Program-made: the position numbers and the translations under genes
The notes under the pieces: generated by a model
Told to the model about the DNA's origin: nothing
The model's input: the letters and a program-made list of their open reading frames with translations, nothing else
The model's database searches: none
Shown: positions 38,323 to 48,174 of the stretch, piece after piece
Numbering within the stretch: position 1 is the first letter of the stretch
How the letters are laid out: each line of letters starts with the position of its first letter
Source of the DNA: Candidatus Marinacidobacterales bacterium
GTDB lineage: Bacteria; Acidobacteriota; Vicinamibacteria; Marinacidobacterales; DATDRI01
Direction: 5' to 3'
DNA: 64,000 bases
NCBI GenBank assembly: GCA_965226495.1
Contig: OZ245365.1
Span: 352,001 to 416,000, forward strand

Positions 38323-39554
38323 GGAAGTACGTCCCCCGGTGTTTCGGTTCGATTGCGTTCGAGCACGACGGGTATCGCCATAGCAAATAGAAAGAGCATG
38401 AGAAACTCTGAATCGCCGAAGTTGTACTCGAAGAGCCCCGCAGTCAACCCCGCGCCCATGAGAGCCAAGGCTCCGGCTGCCAATCCGCGACCGCCATTTT
38501 CAGGTGGTGCACGCCCGCCTGTCGGAGTCGCCCGGTAGGACCGAATACTTACCGTCAATCCAATGGCCATCAGCCATACCCAAGCCAATAGACATGGTAA
38601 ACCACGTTCGGCCGCGATTTGAACGACATTATTATGTAAATGAATATTCTGCAGGTGCGGAGCGCCCTCCAACCTATAGATAGGATAGACCGACTTCACC
38701 ATATTCGGACCCACCCCGAACCATGGGTGATTGGCGGTCATCTGGATGCCACTCTTCAACATGTACATACGGTCTCGGCTCGAGCGATCGGGCCGGACGA
38801 GCGATCGTACTCTCTTCTCGACATCGCTGGGCACCAGAAGCATGGCTCCGATAAGGATCACCGGGATTCCGATCAGCAGGCGTCGGTCGCGCAAGAAGCA
38901 CAACAAGCCGAACGCCACCAGCACGCCGATCCAGGCGCTGCGTGTCAACGAGAGTGCCAGAGCAACCAGAATCAAAACCAAACTTCCCGCGAGGAAGGCG
39001 CGTCTTCGACGGCCAAAGAGTAGCTCGGCAAACGCGAGCACGCCGACGCCCATGAGCAGCCCGGCGAACGTCATGTAATGGCTCATAAATCCGCGGATCC
39101 GATGATTGATGTCGCCCAGATCGCTGAAAAAATACTGCCATAGGGAGAAAAGCGCGCCCAAATCGGCCACGACGATCAAGACCAACACCAAACGCTCCAG
39201 CGTCGAGGTTCGGCGAACCACACTGACGACAACATATGGAATCGCGAGGAGCGCCAGCTTCTTCACGCTGGCAAAGCTTTCTGCCGGCTCGAAGGAGAGT
39301 CCCGCCGAGGCGATGCTGCAGAGAGCGAACAGGCCGAGCGGCCAATCGAACGGCAGCCGCACCAGTTCCGCTTTGCCGGCCGCGAGTTGATACAGCCAAA
39401 CGAGCAGTACGATCGTCAGCACGATCTGGGAAGCGGCGATGGAGATCTGGATGAGAGCGAGCCAGAAACCGATGACGAAGACAAGCGATGATTCCCGGCC
39501 CGCGAGCTCGGCCAGCCGATTCGTCCCGGGGAGGGTGGAGGCGGCGGCCTTCAC
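38319..39554 (-). CDS. O-antigen ligase (WaaL/Wzy_C) family protein
   Basis: Multiple TM helices, TRSAWIG, HPWFGVG, HLHNNVVQIAAERG. Confidence 0.88.
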   Translation of the reverse strand: MKAAASTLPGTNRLAELAGRESSLVFVIGFWLALIQISIAASQIVLTIVLLVWLYQLAAGKAELVRLPFDWPLGLFALCSIASAGLSFEPAESFASVKKLALLAIPYVVVSVVRRTSTLERLVLVLIVVADLGALFSLWQYFFSDLGDINHRIRGFMSHYMTFAGLLMGVGVLAFAELLFGRRRRAFLAGSLVLILVALALSLTRSAWIGVLVAFGLLCFLRDRRLLIGIPVILIGAMLLVPSDVEKRVRSLVRPDRSSRDRMYMLKSGIQMTANHPWFGVGPNMVKSVYPIYRLEGAPHLQNIHLHNNVVQIAAERGLPCLLAWVWLMAIGLTVSIRSYRATPTGGRAPPENGGRGLAAGALALMGAGLTAGLFEYNFGDSEFLMLFLFAMAIPVVLERNRTETPGDVLP

Positions 39555-39555
39555 G

Positions 39556-40614
39556 TCATCCTTCCCTTCGCTCGGCCCTGCTCGGCATGTCCGCAGGCAA
39601 GAGCTCCAAAGCGGCATCGAGCACACTGTCGACCGGGAGCTCTGTGAGGCAGGCGAACTGTGCCGGATTGACGCACCATTTGCCGTGGCACGGGCTGCAT
39701 TCTAGGCCGGCCGCGATCGCCCGATGAGGAACGCCCCAGGGATGCCATCGTTCAGGATCAGAGGAACCAAATATGCCCACCACCGGGGTACCCAACGCAG
39801 CGGCGACGTGCATGGGGCCGCTGTCGTTGCCTACGTAAAGCGAGGCGGACTCTATTAAGGCCATGAGCTCCCCGGATGTGAGGCCGGAGGCCACCGGCAG
39901 CTCCGGTAAGAAAAACTCGGCGAGAGAGTGTTCTGGGCCCGGCAAGCTGACCACCACCGGTCGCCCGGTGCGCTCTTTCAGCGAGCGACTGAGCTCGAGG
40001 AATCGCTCGGCAGGCCATTCTTTGGACAGAAAGCTGGCGGTAGGTTGGAACAGCAGGTAACCCTTGATAGGAACACCGAGCCTACCCAGTCGTCCGTTCA
40101 CTTGGGCGCGAGCTTCCGTAGGGACTCGAAGACTGGGGAGCAGATCGCGCACCGGCATTCCCATCGCCGCCACTAATGAGGCTTGGTCATGAACGGTATG
40201 GGTGGCAGCGGGATCGGCGAAGACTTCTTCCGGCCGCCCGACACGCAGGTTGTAGGCCAAGCGAAACCTGTAGTTTTTCCGGCCGACCCGGAGCGGTGCT
40301 CCCGAAGCCGCGGTGAGCCATGCGCTGGTCGGTCCACCGTGAAAGTTGATCGCCGCATCGAAACCTATGCCCCGGAGTCTTTTCGCGAGCGAGATTTTGT
40401 CGAAGCTACCCCGGCCGAGCGGCAACACTTCGTCGACCGAGCGATGCCCCTCGAGAAGATCGGCGAACTCCTCGGCCAGCACGACGTAGAGCTTCGCTTC
40501 TGGCAGGGCGGAGCGAAGCGCATCCAGGGCCGGGGTCATTAGGACCGCGTCTCCCATGGAGCGAAGCCGCAGGCACAGGATCTTACGAAGCCCGCGGTGG
40601 ACGAGTTGGCTCAA
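39556..40614 (-). CDS. Glycosyltransferase family 9 (heptosyltransferase-like)
   Basis: RLRSMGDAVL, KEWP, VGNDSGPMHVAAALG, IFGSS. Confidence 0.92.
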   Translation of the reverse strand: MSQLVHRGLRKILCLRLRSMGDAVLMTPALDALRSALPEAKLYVVLAEEFADLLEGHRSVDEVLPLGRGSFDKISLAKRLRGIGFDAAINFHGGPTSAWLTAASGAPLRVGRKNYRFRLAYNLRVGRPEEVFADPAATHTVHDQASLVAAMGMPVRDLLPSLRVPTEARAQVNGRLGRLGVPIKGYLLFQPTASFLSKEWPAERFLELSRSLKERTGRPVVVSLPGPEHSLAEFFLPELPVASGLTSGELMALIESASLYVGNDSGPMHVAAALGTPVVGIFGSSDPERWHPWGVPHRAIAAGLECSPCHGKWCVNPAQFACLTELPVDSVLDAALELLPADMPSRAERREG

Positions 40615-40802
40615 GTAGTCGACTTCGTGTCGGACTGTTCGATGGTGGCCTCGTCCACGAGCATGATCGGAATGTCGTCCCGGATGGGGTACACCCGGAA
40701 ACATGTGCCGCATTTGAGAGCGGCGCCTTCTTTCACCAGCGTGACCGGCGTTTTGCACACCGGGCACGCCAAGATCTCCAGTAGCTCAGGATGGATGGCC
40801 AT
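40611..40802 (-). CDS. Trm112/YcaR family protein
   Basis: LLEILACPVCK...C..C..VYPIRDDIPIMLVDEA. Confidence 0.93.
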   Translation of the reverse strand: MAIHPELLEILACPVCKTPVTLVKEGAALKCGTCFRVYPIRDDIPIMLVDEATIEQSDTKSTT

Positions 40803-40824
40803 ATAGCAGTCCCCAGTGAAAAAC

Positions 40825-40928
40825 TTTATAACAGGCCGCTCACGGGTGTCAATCTGACACTACCGCCGCCCTCGGCAGAACCCATTCATGTCACTTTCGT
40901 TGACAACCTTCCGCGGGGGTCCGATAAT
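40825..40928. promoter_or_regulatory. Divergent sigma70 promoters (LPS operon on -, TPR/ispE operon on +)
   Basis: + strand TTGACA 40900-40905, N17, GATAAT; - strand TTGACA 40852-40847, N16, TATAAA. Confidence 0.65.
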
Positions 40929-40960
40929 GGTTTTAAGCGTCGTGTGACCGCACAAAACAT

Positions 40961-42967
40961 ATGTCCTTAAAGAGCTCGAAAAGCCCCGACAGCCCCGAGA
41001 GCCCAGAGAGCCCGGGCAGCCCGGACAAATTGTACCGCTTCGGTTTTTCCGTGTCTGTCGTGGTCTTTTGGGCCTCCGGCGTACTGCTCGCCGTTCCTGC
41101 TCAGGCCCAGGTGGACGGTAACGCGGAGGCCTACTATCTGTACTGCCTCGGGCGGATGAACGAGGGGCAGATGAACGCGAGTGGGGCGAAGCAATACTAC
41201 GGCCAGGCCATCGAACGCGATCCCAACGCGGCGTACCTCCATTACGCCCTCGCCAGCGTGTACGCGAGAGCCAACGACGCACAGAAAGCGATCGCGAGCG
41301 CAACCCGTGCGATACAGCTCGATGGTGAGCTCGCGGCAGCCCACCGGTTGCTTGCCAACACTTACTTCCAGCTGAGTCGCAATCAGGACCAGGGAGGATT
41401 GTCCGAGCTCGCGATCAAGGAGTACAAGGAGACGGTACGCCTCGAACCGCGCGACGGGGAAAGTCGGCTAGGACTGGCGCAGCTCTATCTCATGCGCGGG
41501 CAGATTGAAGAAGCGTCAGAGCAACTCGAACAGCAGATCGAGAACGACCCCACCTCCTCCTATGCGCTTTACCTCTTGGCCCAGGTGCGACGGGAGCAAG
41601 GCGACGTCAAGCGAGCAGCCGACCTACTCCGCCAATCGATCGAGGCCGAGCCCCGACACCAACGAGCTCGCATCCTATTGGCCACGCTCTACGAGGAGCT
41701 TGGGGAGTTCGATCACGCGGCGACCGTCTATCGGGAGGCCCTCGACATGGCCCCCCGGGATCCCAAGCTGCTTCAACAGCTCGCCACATCGCTGGCGCAA
41801 GCCGGACGTATGGAAGAAGCGGCGGCCGAGTTCGAGCGTGTCCTGGAAATGGAGCCGGATCGGGCTGAGGCGCTCTTCGGGTTGGCGCTGGTACGACGAG
41901 ATTTGAGACAGCCCGACCGAGCCGAGGCGCTTCTCGAAGGGTTGCTCCGACTCAACCCTCAACACATTTCAGGTCGCTTCGCACTGGCCGGAGTATACGA
42001 GGACAAGCGGGAGTATCGTTCTGCGATCGAAGAGTTGAAGAACCTCTTGTCCCTACCCCAAGATTCCTATCCGGTCGGACGGCGAGTCGAGTTCCTGGCC
42101 CACCTCGGGTTCGCCCATCAAAACCTCGGAGACAACGCCGAGGCGGTTGCCGCGTTCGACAAGGCGCGCCATCTCATGACAGACGATCCTCGCTTCGAGG
42201 CATACGTTGTTCACGCACATTTGGCGGCTGATGATGCGGCCGCGGCGGCGGAAGCGAGCAGGCAAGCACTCGCGCGATTTCCCGGGGACTCGCGCCTACA
42301 GATTTTGAAAGCACAAGTGCTCTATGAAGAGGGTCATGAAGAGCAGGGCCTGAAGCTGCTTCTCGACCTTTCGGCGGATTCACCGGACGATGGAATGTTG
42401 GCTGGCTCCGTTGCCAATTACCTCCAAAACGCCCGTCGATTCGAAGAGGCGGAGAGTTTCTTAGATAGCGCGATCGGCCGCATGCCGGAGGACGAGCAAC
42501 TCTTGTTTCAGCTCGGTGCGGTTCTAGAACGGCAAGGCAAAGTCGATGCCGCTGAGGCGGCTTTCACGAAAGTCCTGACCCTGAATCCGGAGAGTGCCGG
42601 CGCTCTGAATTATTTGGGTTACATGCTGGCCGACCGCGGAGTTCGGCTCGAAGAGTCTCTCGCATACGTTCAGCAGGCGGTGGCCCTCGACCCCTATAAC
42701 GGCGCTTATCTCGACAGCCTAGGGTGGGTCTACTTCCGGCTCGGTAGGCTCGAGCTCGCGGAGGAGAACCTTCTGAACGCCATCGAACGCTTGCGTACCA
42801 CAGGCGTGGTTTACGATCACCTTGGCGACCTCTATTATCGTAAGGGTGAACGCGAAGAGGCCGTTCGCTTCTGGCGCCAGGCAGTGGAGCAAGAGGACGA
42901 CGAGCTGGAGAAAGATCAGGTCGTTCAGAAGATTGAAAAAGCCCGTTTCGGTAACGACCTTCCCTAG
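40961..42967 (+). CDS. Periplasmic tetratricopeptide repeat protein
   Basis: Many TPR units; C-terminal ALNYLGYMLAD...AYLDSLGWVYF...DHLGD as in the TPR gene that usually precedes lolB-ispE. Confidence 0.92.
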   Translation: MSLKSSKSPDSPESPESPGSPDKLYRFGFSVSVVVFWASGVLLAVPAQAQVDGNAEAYYLYCLGRMNEGQMNASGAKQYYGQAIERDPNAAYLHYALASVYARANDAQKAIASATRAIQLDGELAAAHRLLANTYFQLSRNQDQGGLSELAIKEYKETVRLEPRDGESRLGLAQLYLMRGQIEEASEQLEQQIENDPTSSYALYLLAQVRREQGDVKRAADLLRQSIEAEPRHQRARILLATLYEELGEFDHAATVYREALDMAPRDPKLLQQLATSLAQAGRMEEAAAEFERVLEMEPDRAEALFGLALVRRDLRQPDRAEALLEGLLRLNPQHISGRFALAGVYEDKREYRSAIEELKNLLSLPQDSYPVGRRVEFLAHLGFAHQNLGDNAEAVAAFDKARHLMTDDPRFEAYVVHAHLAADDAAAAAEASRQALARFPGDSRLQILKAQVLYEEGHEEQGLKLLLDLSADSPDDGMLAGSVANYLQNARRFEEAESFLDSAIGRMPEDEQLLFQLGAVLERQGKVDAAEAAFTKVLTLNPESAGALNYLGYMLADRGVRLEESLAYVQQAVALDPYNGAYLDSLGWVYFRLGRLELAEENLLNAIERLRTTGVVYDHLGDLYYRKGEREEAVRFWRQAVEQEDDELEKDQVVQKIEKARFGNDLP

Positions 42968-43037
42968 TGCCCTGCATCAGTCCATGGTTTCATCCATGGT
43001 CCCCGAAATTCGCGAGGCGCCGCATCGGAAAAACCTG

Positions 43038-43835
43038 ATGGGGCCCACCGCCGTTCGCTTGGTTGTGTTTCTTTGCCTCCTAACAATCGGGGGGTGCAGC
43101 CGCCGACCCATGAGTCCGCCGAGCGACGTTCCTGCGGTGCCTCTTTCTGCCGAGGAAACCGGACGATTTCTCGAGCTACTCGAACAACAACGCGAATCGG
43201 TGCAACGGTATCAGGCGATCGTTCGAGTTCGAGGCAAAGGCCCGGAAGGGAAGTTCCGCGCTACTGAGCTCATTATTTTCGAGCGGCCGGATCGGGTTCG
43301 CGTCGAGCTCGTCGCAACCTTCGGCGCGAGCCGATGGATCGCGGTGGCCAGCGCGGGTGAGATTACGGTCTTGTTTCCGCGTAGCCGCGAGTACCTGAAA
43401 GAGTCAGCAGTCGAGGACGTGGTGGGAGCGCTCCTTGGGATCCGCCTGAGCCCGTTCGAGATCATGGCCATTCTTGTCGGAACTGGTTTGCCGGTTACTT
43501 CGTCGAGTCTGGTTCGGGCTGAGCGCCACGGTGAGAAGGTTCGCCTCTTGCTGAAGGAGGGTCGCGTCGAGCTGGAAGGCGACCAGGTTCGAGAGGCGCA
43601 ACGCGAGGGCTATCGTGTCATCTACCCGACGGCGTGGAAGCAGACGGGAAGGGCCGCCCCCGACCGGATCGAGCTCGTGAGCGACGGGCTCGAGGCGTCG
43701 CTGAGCGTGGACGATCTGGACATCAATATCCGTCTCGACCCCGAAGCATTCGTCGTCACCCTTCCCGCTGGAGCGGATCGCCTCGGCCTGGCCCAAATAG
43801 GAGGCGAGGCCGTTTTTGTGAAGCGGAGTCAGTGA
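43038..43835 (+). CDS. LolB-like / DUF4292-like lipoprotein
   Basis: Lipobox LTIGGC, FERPDRVRVE, position between the TPR gene and ispE; start uncertain. Confidence 0.65.
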   Translation: MGPTAVRLVVFLCLLTIGGCSRRPMSPPSDVPAVPLSAEETGRFLELLEQQRESVQRYQAIVRVRGKGPEGKFRATELIIFERPDRVRVELVATFGASRWIAVASAGEITVLFPRSREYLKESAVEDVVGALLGIRLSPFEIMAILVGTGLPVTSSSLVRAERHGEKVRLLLKEGRVELEGDQVREAQREGYRVIYPTAWKQTGRAAPDRIELVSDGLEASLSVDDLDINIRLDPEAFVVTLPAGADRLGLAQIGGEAVFVKRSQ

Positions 43836-44722
43836 AAGTCCGCGCCTACGCTAAGGTGAACCTCGGTCTCGAGGTGTTATTCCGTCGCGAGGATGGCTAC
43901 CACGAGCTGCGGACGATCCTTCAGACCGTGGACCTTTACGATCGCCTGAGTTTCAAATCGCGCTCGAGCGGGATTGAGCTCGACCTGCCTGACCTGCCTG
44001 GCCAGGAAGCCCCGAGCCTACCGACTGGATCCGAGAACCTCGTGGTGCGAGCCGCGGAGCGGCTCGCCGAGCGAATAGGTCGCCCGGTGGGAGTACGGAT
44101 ACAGCTCCAAAAGCGCATCCCCGCTGGTCGCGGGTTGGGGGGAGGAAGCTCGGATGCGGCGGTGACCCTTCTGGCGCTCAACGAGCTTTGGCAAGCGGGT
44201 TTGTCCTATCGAGACTTGTCGGGCTTGGCGGCAGAGCTCGGCATGGACGTGCCCTTTTTTCTATTCGGCGGAACCGCCCTTAGTGTGGGTCGTGGTGACG
44301 AGATATTCCCACTAGCCCATCAGGTCGCTGTGCCGATCGTGTTGATTCTACCCGACTTCGCAATTTCGACCGCCGCTGCGTATCGGAATTTGATATTGAC
44401 AAAGCGGGAGTCGAGCCTTACACTCCACTCCTTTGCGTCGTCCACTTTTGGCGGGGGGAACGAGCTTCCCGACCTGACGAACGATCTGGAAACCGCAACC
44501 GGGGAGCATCTCTCCTCTATCAATGGATACAAGCAGATCCTTCTTGAGCTCGGTGCTGTCGCCTCTGTAATGTCCGGCAGCGGCTCGGCTGTCTTTGGGA
44601 TATTTGATGACGAGGTGGTGACTCGATCCGCGGCTCAATCCTTGAAAGGACGAGGAATCCACGCCATTGCGACTCGCACGTTAGCAGGAAACACGTATCG
44701 AGAGAGACTACTGGAGCATTAG
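43832..44722 (+). CDS. ispE: 4-diphosphocytidyl-2-C-methyl-D-erythritol kinase
   Basis: AYAKVNLGL, DGYHEL, KRIPAGRGLGGGSSDAA, MSGSGSAVF. Confidence 0.95.
   Translation: MKVRAYAKVNLGLEVLFRREDGYHELRTILQTVDLYDRLSFKSRSSGIELDLPDLPGQEAPSLPTGSENLVVRAAERLAERIGRPVGVRIQLQKRIPAGRGLGGGSSDAAVTLLALNELWQAGLSYRDLSGLAAELGMDVPFFLFGGTALSVGRGDEIFPLAHQVAVPIVLILPDFAISTAAAYRNLILTKRESSLTLHSFASSTFGGGNELPDLTNDLETATGEHLSSINGYKQILLELGAVASVMSGSGSAVFGIFDDEVVTRSAAQSLKGRGIHAIATRTLAGNTYRERLLEH
44396..44424 (+). promoter_or_regulatory. Internal sigma70 promoter within ispE
   Basis: TTGACA-N17-TACACT, near consensus. Confidence 0.65.
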
Positions 44723-44761
44723 TCAGGGCGCTCTGGCGATGCCTGAAGGAGGGAGGCTCCT

Positions 44762-45106
44762 ATGGAAATCACCGAGGTTCGGGTTTTCCCCGTGGAGGAC
44801 GAGAAGCTCAAGGCCTTTGTCTCCATCATACTAGACAACTGTTTCGTCATTAGTGATATCAAAATCATTAATGGTCCAAAGGGACTCTTCATCTCGATGC
44901 CTAGCAAGAAACGGAAAGACGGCACTTTTAGGGATATTGCGCACCCGCTGAACAGCGATACTCGTCGGATGATGGAAGAGAAGGTACTCAACTGCTACCA
45001 GGCCGAAGTTTCCGGAGCATCGGACATCCCGTCTCGCGTACTCTCGGAGGGGGAGCATTCGACGGAAACAGTGGGAGGGGAAGAGGCGGAGGCAGCTAAG
45101 ACCTAG
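44762..45106 (+). CDS. spoVG: SpoVG family nucleic-acid-binding regulator
   Basis: MEITEVRVF, LKAFVSI, GLFISMPSKK, DIAHP. Confidence 0.95.
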   Translation: MEITEVRVFPVEDEKLKAFVSIILDNCFVISDIKIINGPKGLFISMPSKKRKDGTFRDIAHPLNSDTRRMMEEKVLNCYQAEVSGASDIPSRVLSEGEHSTETVGGEEAEAAKT

Positions 45107-45157
45107 GGTACAATGGTGACGCCCTGAAGTGAGCTCGTTAGGGTCTTTGACTGAGGA

Positions 45158-45232
45158 TGGGGCGTGGCCAAGCGGTAAGGCACCGGTCTTTGGAACCGGC
45201 ATTCGAAGGTTCGAATCCTTCCGCCCCAGCCA
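45158..45232 (+). tRNA. tRNA-Gln (TTG)
   Basis: Cloverleaf; anticodon arm CCGGT-CTTTGGA-ACCGG, TTCGAAT loop, CCA end. Confidence 0.97.
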
Positions 45233-45657
45233 TTACGGCCGCCTGGGTATGTTGGCCGCAGATCTTTGCTGGGCGTCCATTGGGCGTTGATTGCTGCTAT
45301 CTAACCCGGCAGGACGCCGATGGTGGCAACCGAACATTTTGGCGGCCAACACGATCTGAGATACTAAGGACGCAAGGCGCACGGCTCGTTCCGCTCGCGA
45401 AGCCGGTGAACTCGACTTCGCGAGCCGTAAATCCGCTAAGGCTCAAACCGCCGTCTGGCTAGGTTGAGATTGGCACGACGTATTTTGACGGCCAGCAGGC
45501 AAAAACATCCGTCTGGCTGGGCGACAGTGGCAACGAGGTGTCGTAGCGCCCGTCAGGATTTGAGAGGCGCTCGGCTAACTCGATAGTAGCAACGGGATAT
45601 TTTGGCGCCCGATAGGACCTGAGAGGCGCCTTTAGTATCGGCTGGGGACGTAATCAC

Positions 45658-46602
45658 ATGGGCAGACCGCTGAAAGTCTTCGGTGGGAGCTGTAATCCGG
45701 CGCTCACGGCAAGTATCGCCGAGAGCCTCGGCGTACCTCTCGGCAAGGCCGACCTCCGAAGGTTCTCCGACGACGAGGTCTCGTTCCAGATTATGGAGAA
45801 CATTCGAGGGGCCGACGTCTTCGTGGTCCAACCGACCCCGCCGCCGGTCAACGAGAACCTCATGGAGCTCCTCATCATGATAGACGCCTTCAAGCGAGCT
45901 TCCGCCAGCCGTATCACCGCGGTTATGCCGTACTATGGCTACGGACGACAGGACCGGAAAGACAAACCAAGGGTGCCCATTACGGCCAAGCTGGTGGCGG
46001 ATCTATTGTCGACGGCGGGGACCAGCCGCGCGATTACGATGGATCTCCACGTAGGCCAGATCCAGGGGTTCTTCAACGTGCCGGTGGATCACCTTTTCGC
46101 GGCACCGGTCATGTTGGAGTACGTTTCTTCGCTTGACCTGAAGAACCTGGTGATTGTTTCTCCCGACGCCGGTGGCGTGGAACGGGCTCGTGCCTATGCA
46201 AAGCGTTTGAAAGTTCCCCTGGCGGTAATGGACAAGAGGCGAACCGAGGCGTCGAACGAGATAGAGAAAATATATGTCATCGGTGAAGTCGACGGGGCGA
46301 TCGCCCTCATCGTCGACGACATCGTGGATTCTGCGGGAACCTTAGTGAAGGCGGCCGACGCACTGCTGGATGCCGGGGCGGCGCGGGTTCTTGCATGCTG
46401 CACCCATCCGGTTCTGTCGGGAAAAGCGGTGCAGAGAGTGTCGGAGTCGAACATAGAAGAACTCATCGTCTCCGATTCGATCCCCCTCCCGCCAGAGAAG
46501 AAGAACCAATCGAAGCTCAAGGTACTTTCCGTCGCTCCGCTTCTGGGAAAAGCGATTCAAAGCGTTCACGACGAAGCCTCGGTCAGCTCGCTATTCGTTT
46601 AA
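45658..46602 (+). CDS. prs: Ribose-phosphate pyrophosphokinase
   Basis: PYYGYGRQDRK, DLHVGQIQGFF, VSPDAGGVERA, VDDIVDSAGT. Confidence 0.97.
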   Translation: MGRPLKVFGGSCNPALTASIAESLGVPLGKADLRRFSDDEVSFQIMENIRGADVFVVQPTPPPVNENLMELLIMIDAFKRASASRITAVMPYYGYGRQDRKDKPRVPITAKLVADLLSTAGTSRAITMDLHVGQIQGFFNVPVDHLFAAPVMLEYVSSLDLKNLVIVSPDAGGVERARAYAKRLKVPLAVMDKRRTEASNEIEKIYVIGEVDGAIALIVDDIVDSAGTLVKAADALLDAGAARVLACCTHPVLSGKAVQRVSESNIEELIVSDSIPLPPEKKNQSKLKVLSVAPLLGKAIQSVHDEASVSSLFV

Positions 46603-46776
46603 TGGAGGTCGACACCGATCCCTGACCGGGGTCGCTCCAATTGACCAATGACTACCGTCGTGGCATGGTGATTGTTTCGGATTTCTAAGATCGGAACGGT
46701 ACTGGCGTCTTGCGAAACCGCAGTTTGGCACCTCGGGTGATTGACGCTGAGAACGAAACAGGAGGGACTAGTACAC

Positions 46777-47463
46777 ATGGATAAGATGGTTGTTGAGGCC
46801 CAACCGAGGGCCTCTTTCGGAAAGGGAGCGAACCGGAAGCTTCGTGCCAAAGGCATGATCCCCGCAATCGTGTATGGGGAAAAGAAAGATTCCATTCCAG
46901 TGGCGATCGACCCCAAAGTGGTGATCCGAATCCTGCGCTCCGACGCGGGCGCGAACACGATTTTCGACCTTCAGATCGAGGGTGCCAAGGGCACCGAGAA
47001 CGTGATGGTGAAGGACTACCAGCTCGAGCCCATCGAACACGACCTGCTACACGCCGACTTGATTCGGGTGGCGATGGACCATGCCTTGACACTGTCTATT
47101 CAGATCGAGCTCACCGGAATCCCGCTTGGCGTCAAAAACGAGGGCGGAATGTTGGACTTCGTCAGTCGGTCCGTTGAGGTCTCTTGCATGCCGGCGGACA
47201 TCCCGGAGAAGATCAAGGCCGATGTGTCCCACCTCGAGTTAGGCAATCTGATTCGCGCGGGCGAGCTGGAGCTTCCCGAACGGGTGACCTTGCTCAGCGA
47301 TTCCGGGTTAGTTATCGCCCACGTCGAGGCACCGAAGGTCGAGGAGGAGCCTGAGGCGGAAGTGGCAGCCGAAGAAGGGGCGGAAGCTGCCGAGCCGGAG
47401 GTTATCAAGAAGGGCAAGGCTGACTCGGAGGGCGAAGGCTCCGAGGGGGGCTCTTCCGAATAG
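46777..47463 (+). CDS. rplY: 50S ribosomal protein L25/Ctc
   Basis: GKGANRKLR..G.IPAIVYG, LLHADL, acidic tail with EPEVIKKGK. Confidence 0.95.
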   Translation: MDKMVVEAQPRASFGKGANRKLRAKGMIPAIVYGEKKDSIPVAIDPKVVIRILRSDAGANTIFDLQIEGAKGTENVMVKDYQLEPIEHDLLHADLIRVAMDHALTLSIQIELTGIPLGVKNEGGMLDFVSRSVEVSCMPADIPEKIKADVSHLELGNLIRAGELELPERVTLLSDSGLVIAHVEAPKVEEEPEAEVAAEEGAEAAEPEVIKKGKADSEGEGSEGGSSE

Positions 47464-47508
47464 GGTCAGCCGTGCGCAAGGTTCGCTTCGCTCGACTGAG
47501 ACACGTGA

Positions 47509-48105
47509 TTGCGGTTGCTAGTTGGGTTAGGTAATCCGGGTCCTCGATACGTCGGGACACGACACAACCTTGGTTTCGCCGCGGTCGAGCGAATCGCTCG
47601 CGAGTCCGATGCTCGGTGGGAGCAAGCCTCACCGAGAAGTCTCGTCGCCGAGGGGACTTTCGAGGGGCAGTCGATCGTGCTCGCCAAGCCGCTAACCTAT
47701 ATGAACCTGAGCGGGCGGGCCGTGGTAGAGTTGACCCGGGACCGGGACATCACCGTTGAGGAATTGTTGGTGTTCTTGGACGATGTTGCCTTGCCATTGG
47801 GAACGCTTCGACTTCGGCGGCGCGGAAGCGATGGCGGTCACCTAGGACTTGCTTCCGTACTGGAGTCTCTGGACACCGAGGAAGTATCTCGGGTCAGGCT
47901 GGGCATGGGTCCGGACGAAGGATCGCTGGAAGGATCGAAGTGGGAGGAACGTGATCTCGCCGAGTTCGTTCTAGAGCCCTTTTCCTCTCCAGAGCAGGAG
48001 GTTGTCGAGAAGCTCTTGGAACGAACGGTTGACGCGACCCGCGCGCTGTTCCGGTATGGGATAGAGCGGGCGATGTCTTTGTACAATCGAGCCCCTGAAG
48101 TCTGA
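47509..48105 (+). CDS. pth: Peptidyl-tRNA hydrolase
   Basis: VGLGNPG..Y..TRHNLGF, KPLTYMNLSG, GSDGGH. Confidence 0.95.
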   Translation: MRLLVGLGNPGPRYVGTRHNLGFAAVERIARESDARWEQASPRSLVAEGTFEGQSIVLAKPLTYMNLSGRAVVELTRDRDITVEELLVFLDDVALPLGTLRLRRRGSDGGHLGLASVLESLDTEEVSRVRLGMGPDEGSLEGSKWEERDLAEFVLEPFSSPEQEVVEKLLERTVDATRALFRYGIERAMSLYNRAPEV

Positions 48106-48115
48106 TTGGGGACGA

Positions 48116-48162
48116 CTCCTTGCTCTCTCCATAGAGAGAGGGCTTGATATCCGTAGGGAGGG
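48116..48162 (+). promoter_or_regulatory. S6:S18 ribosomal protein leader RNA
   Basis: P1 CTCCTTG/TAGGGAG sequesters the RBS, P2 CTCTCT/AGAGAG, conserved CCG in the internal loop, upstream of rpsF. Confidence 0.75.
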
Positions 48163-48174
48163 TAAGAAAGAACG

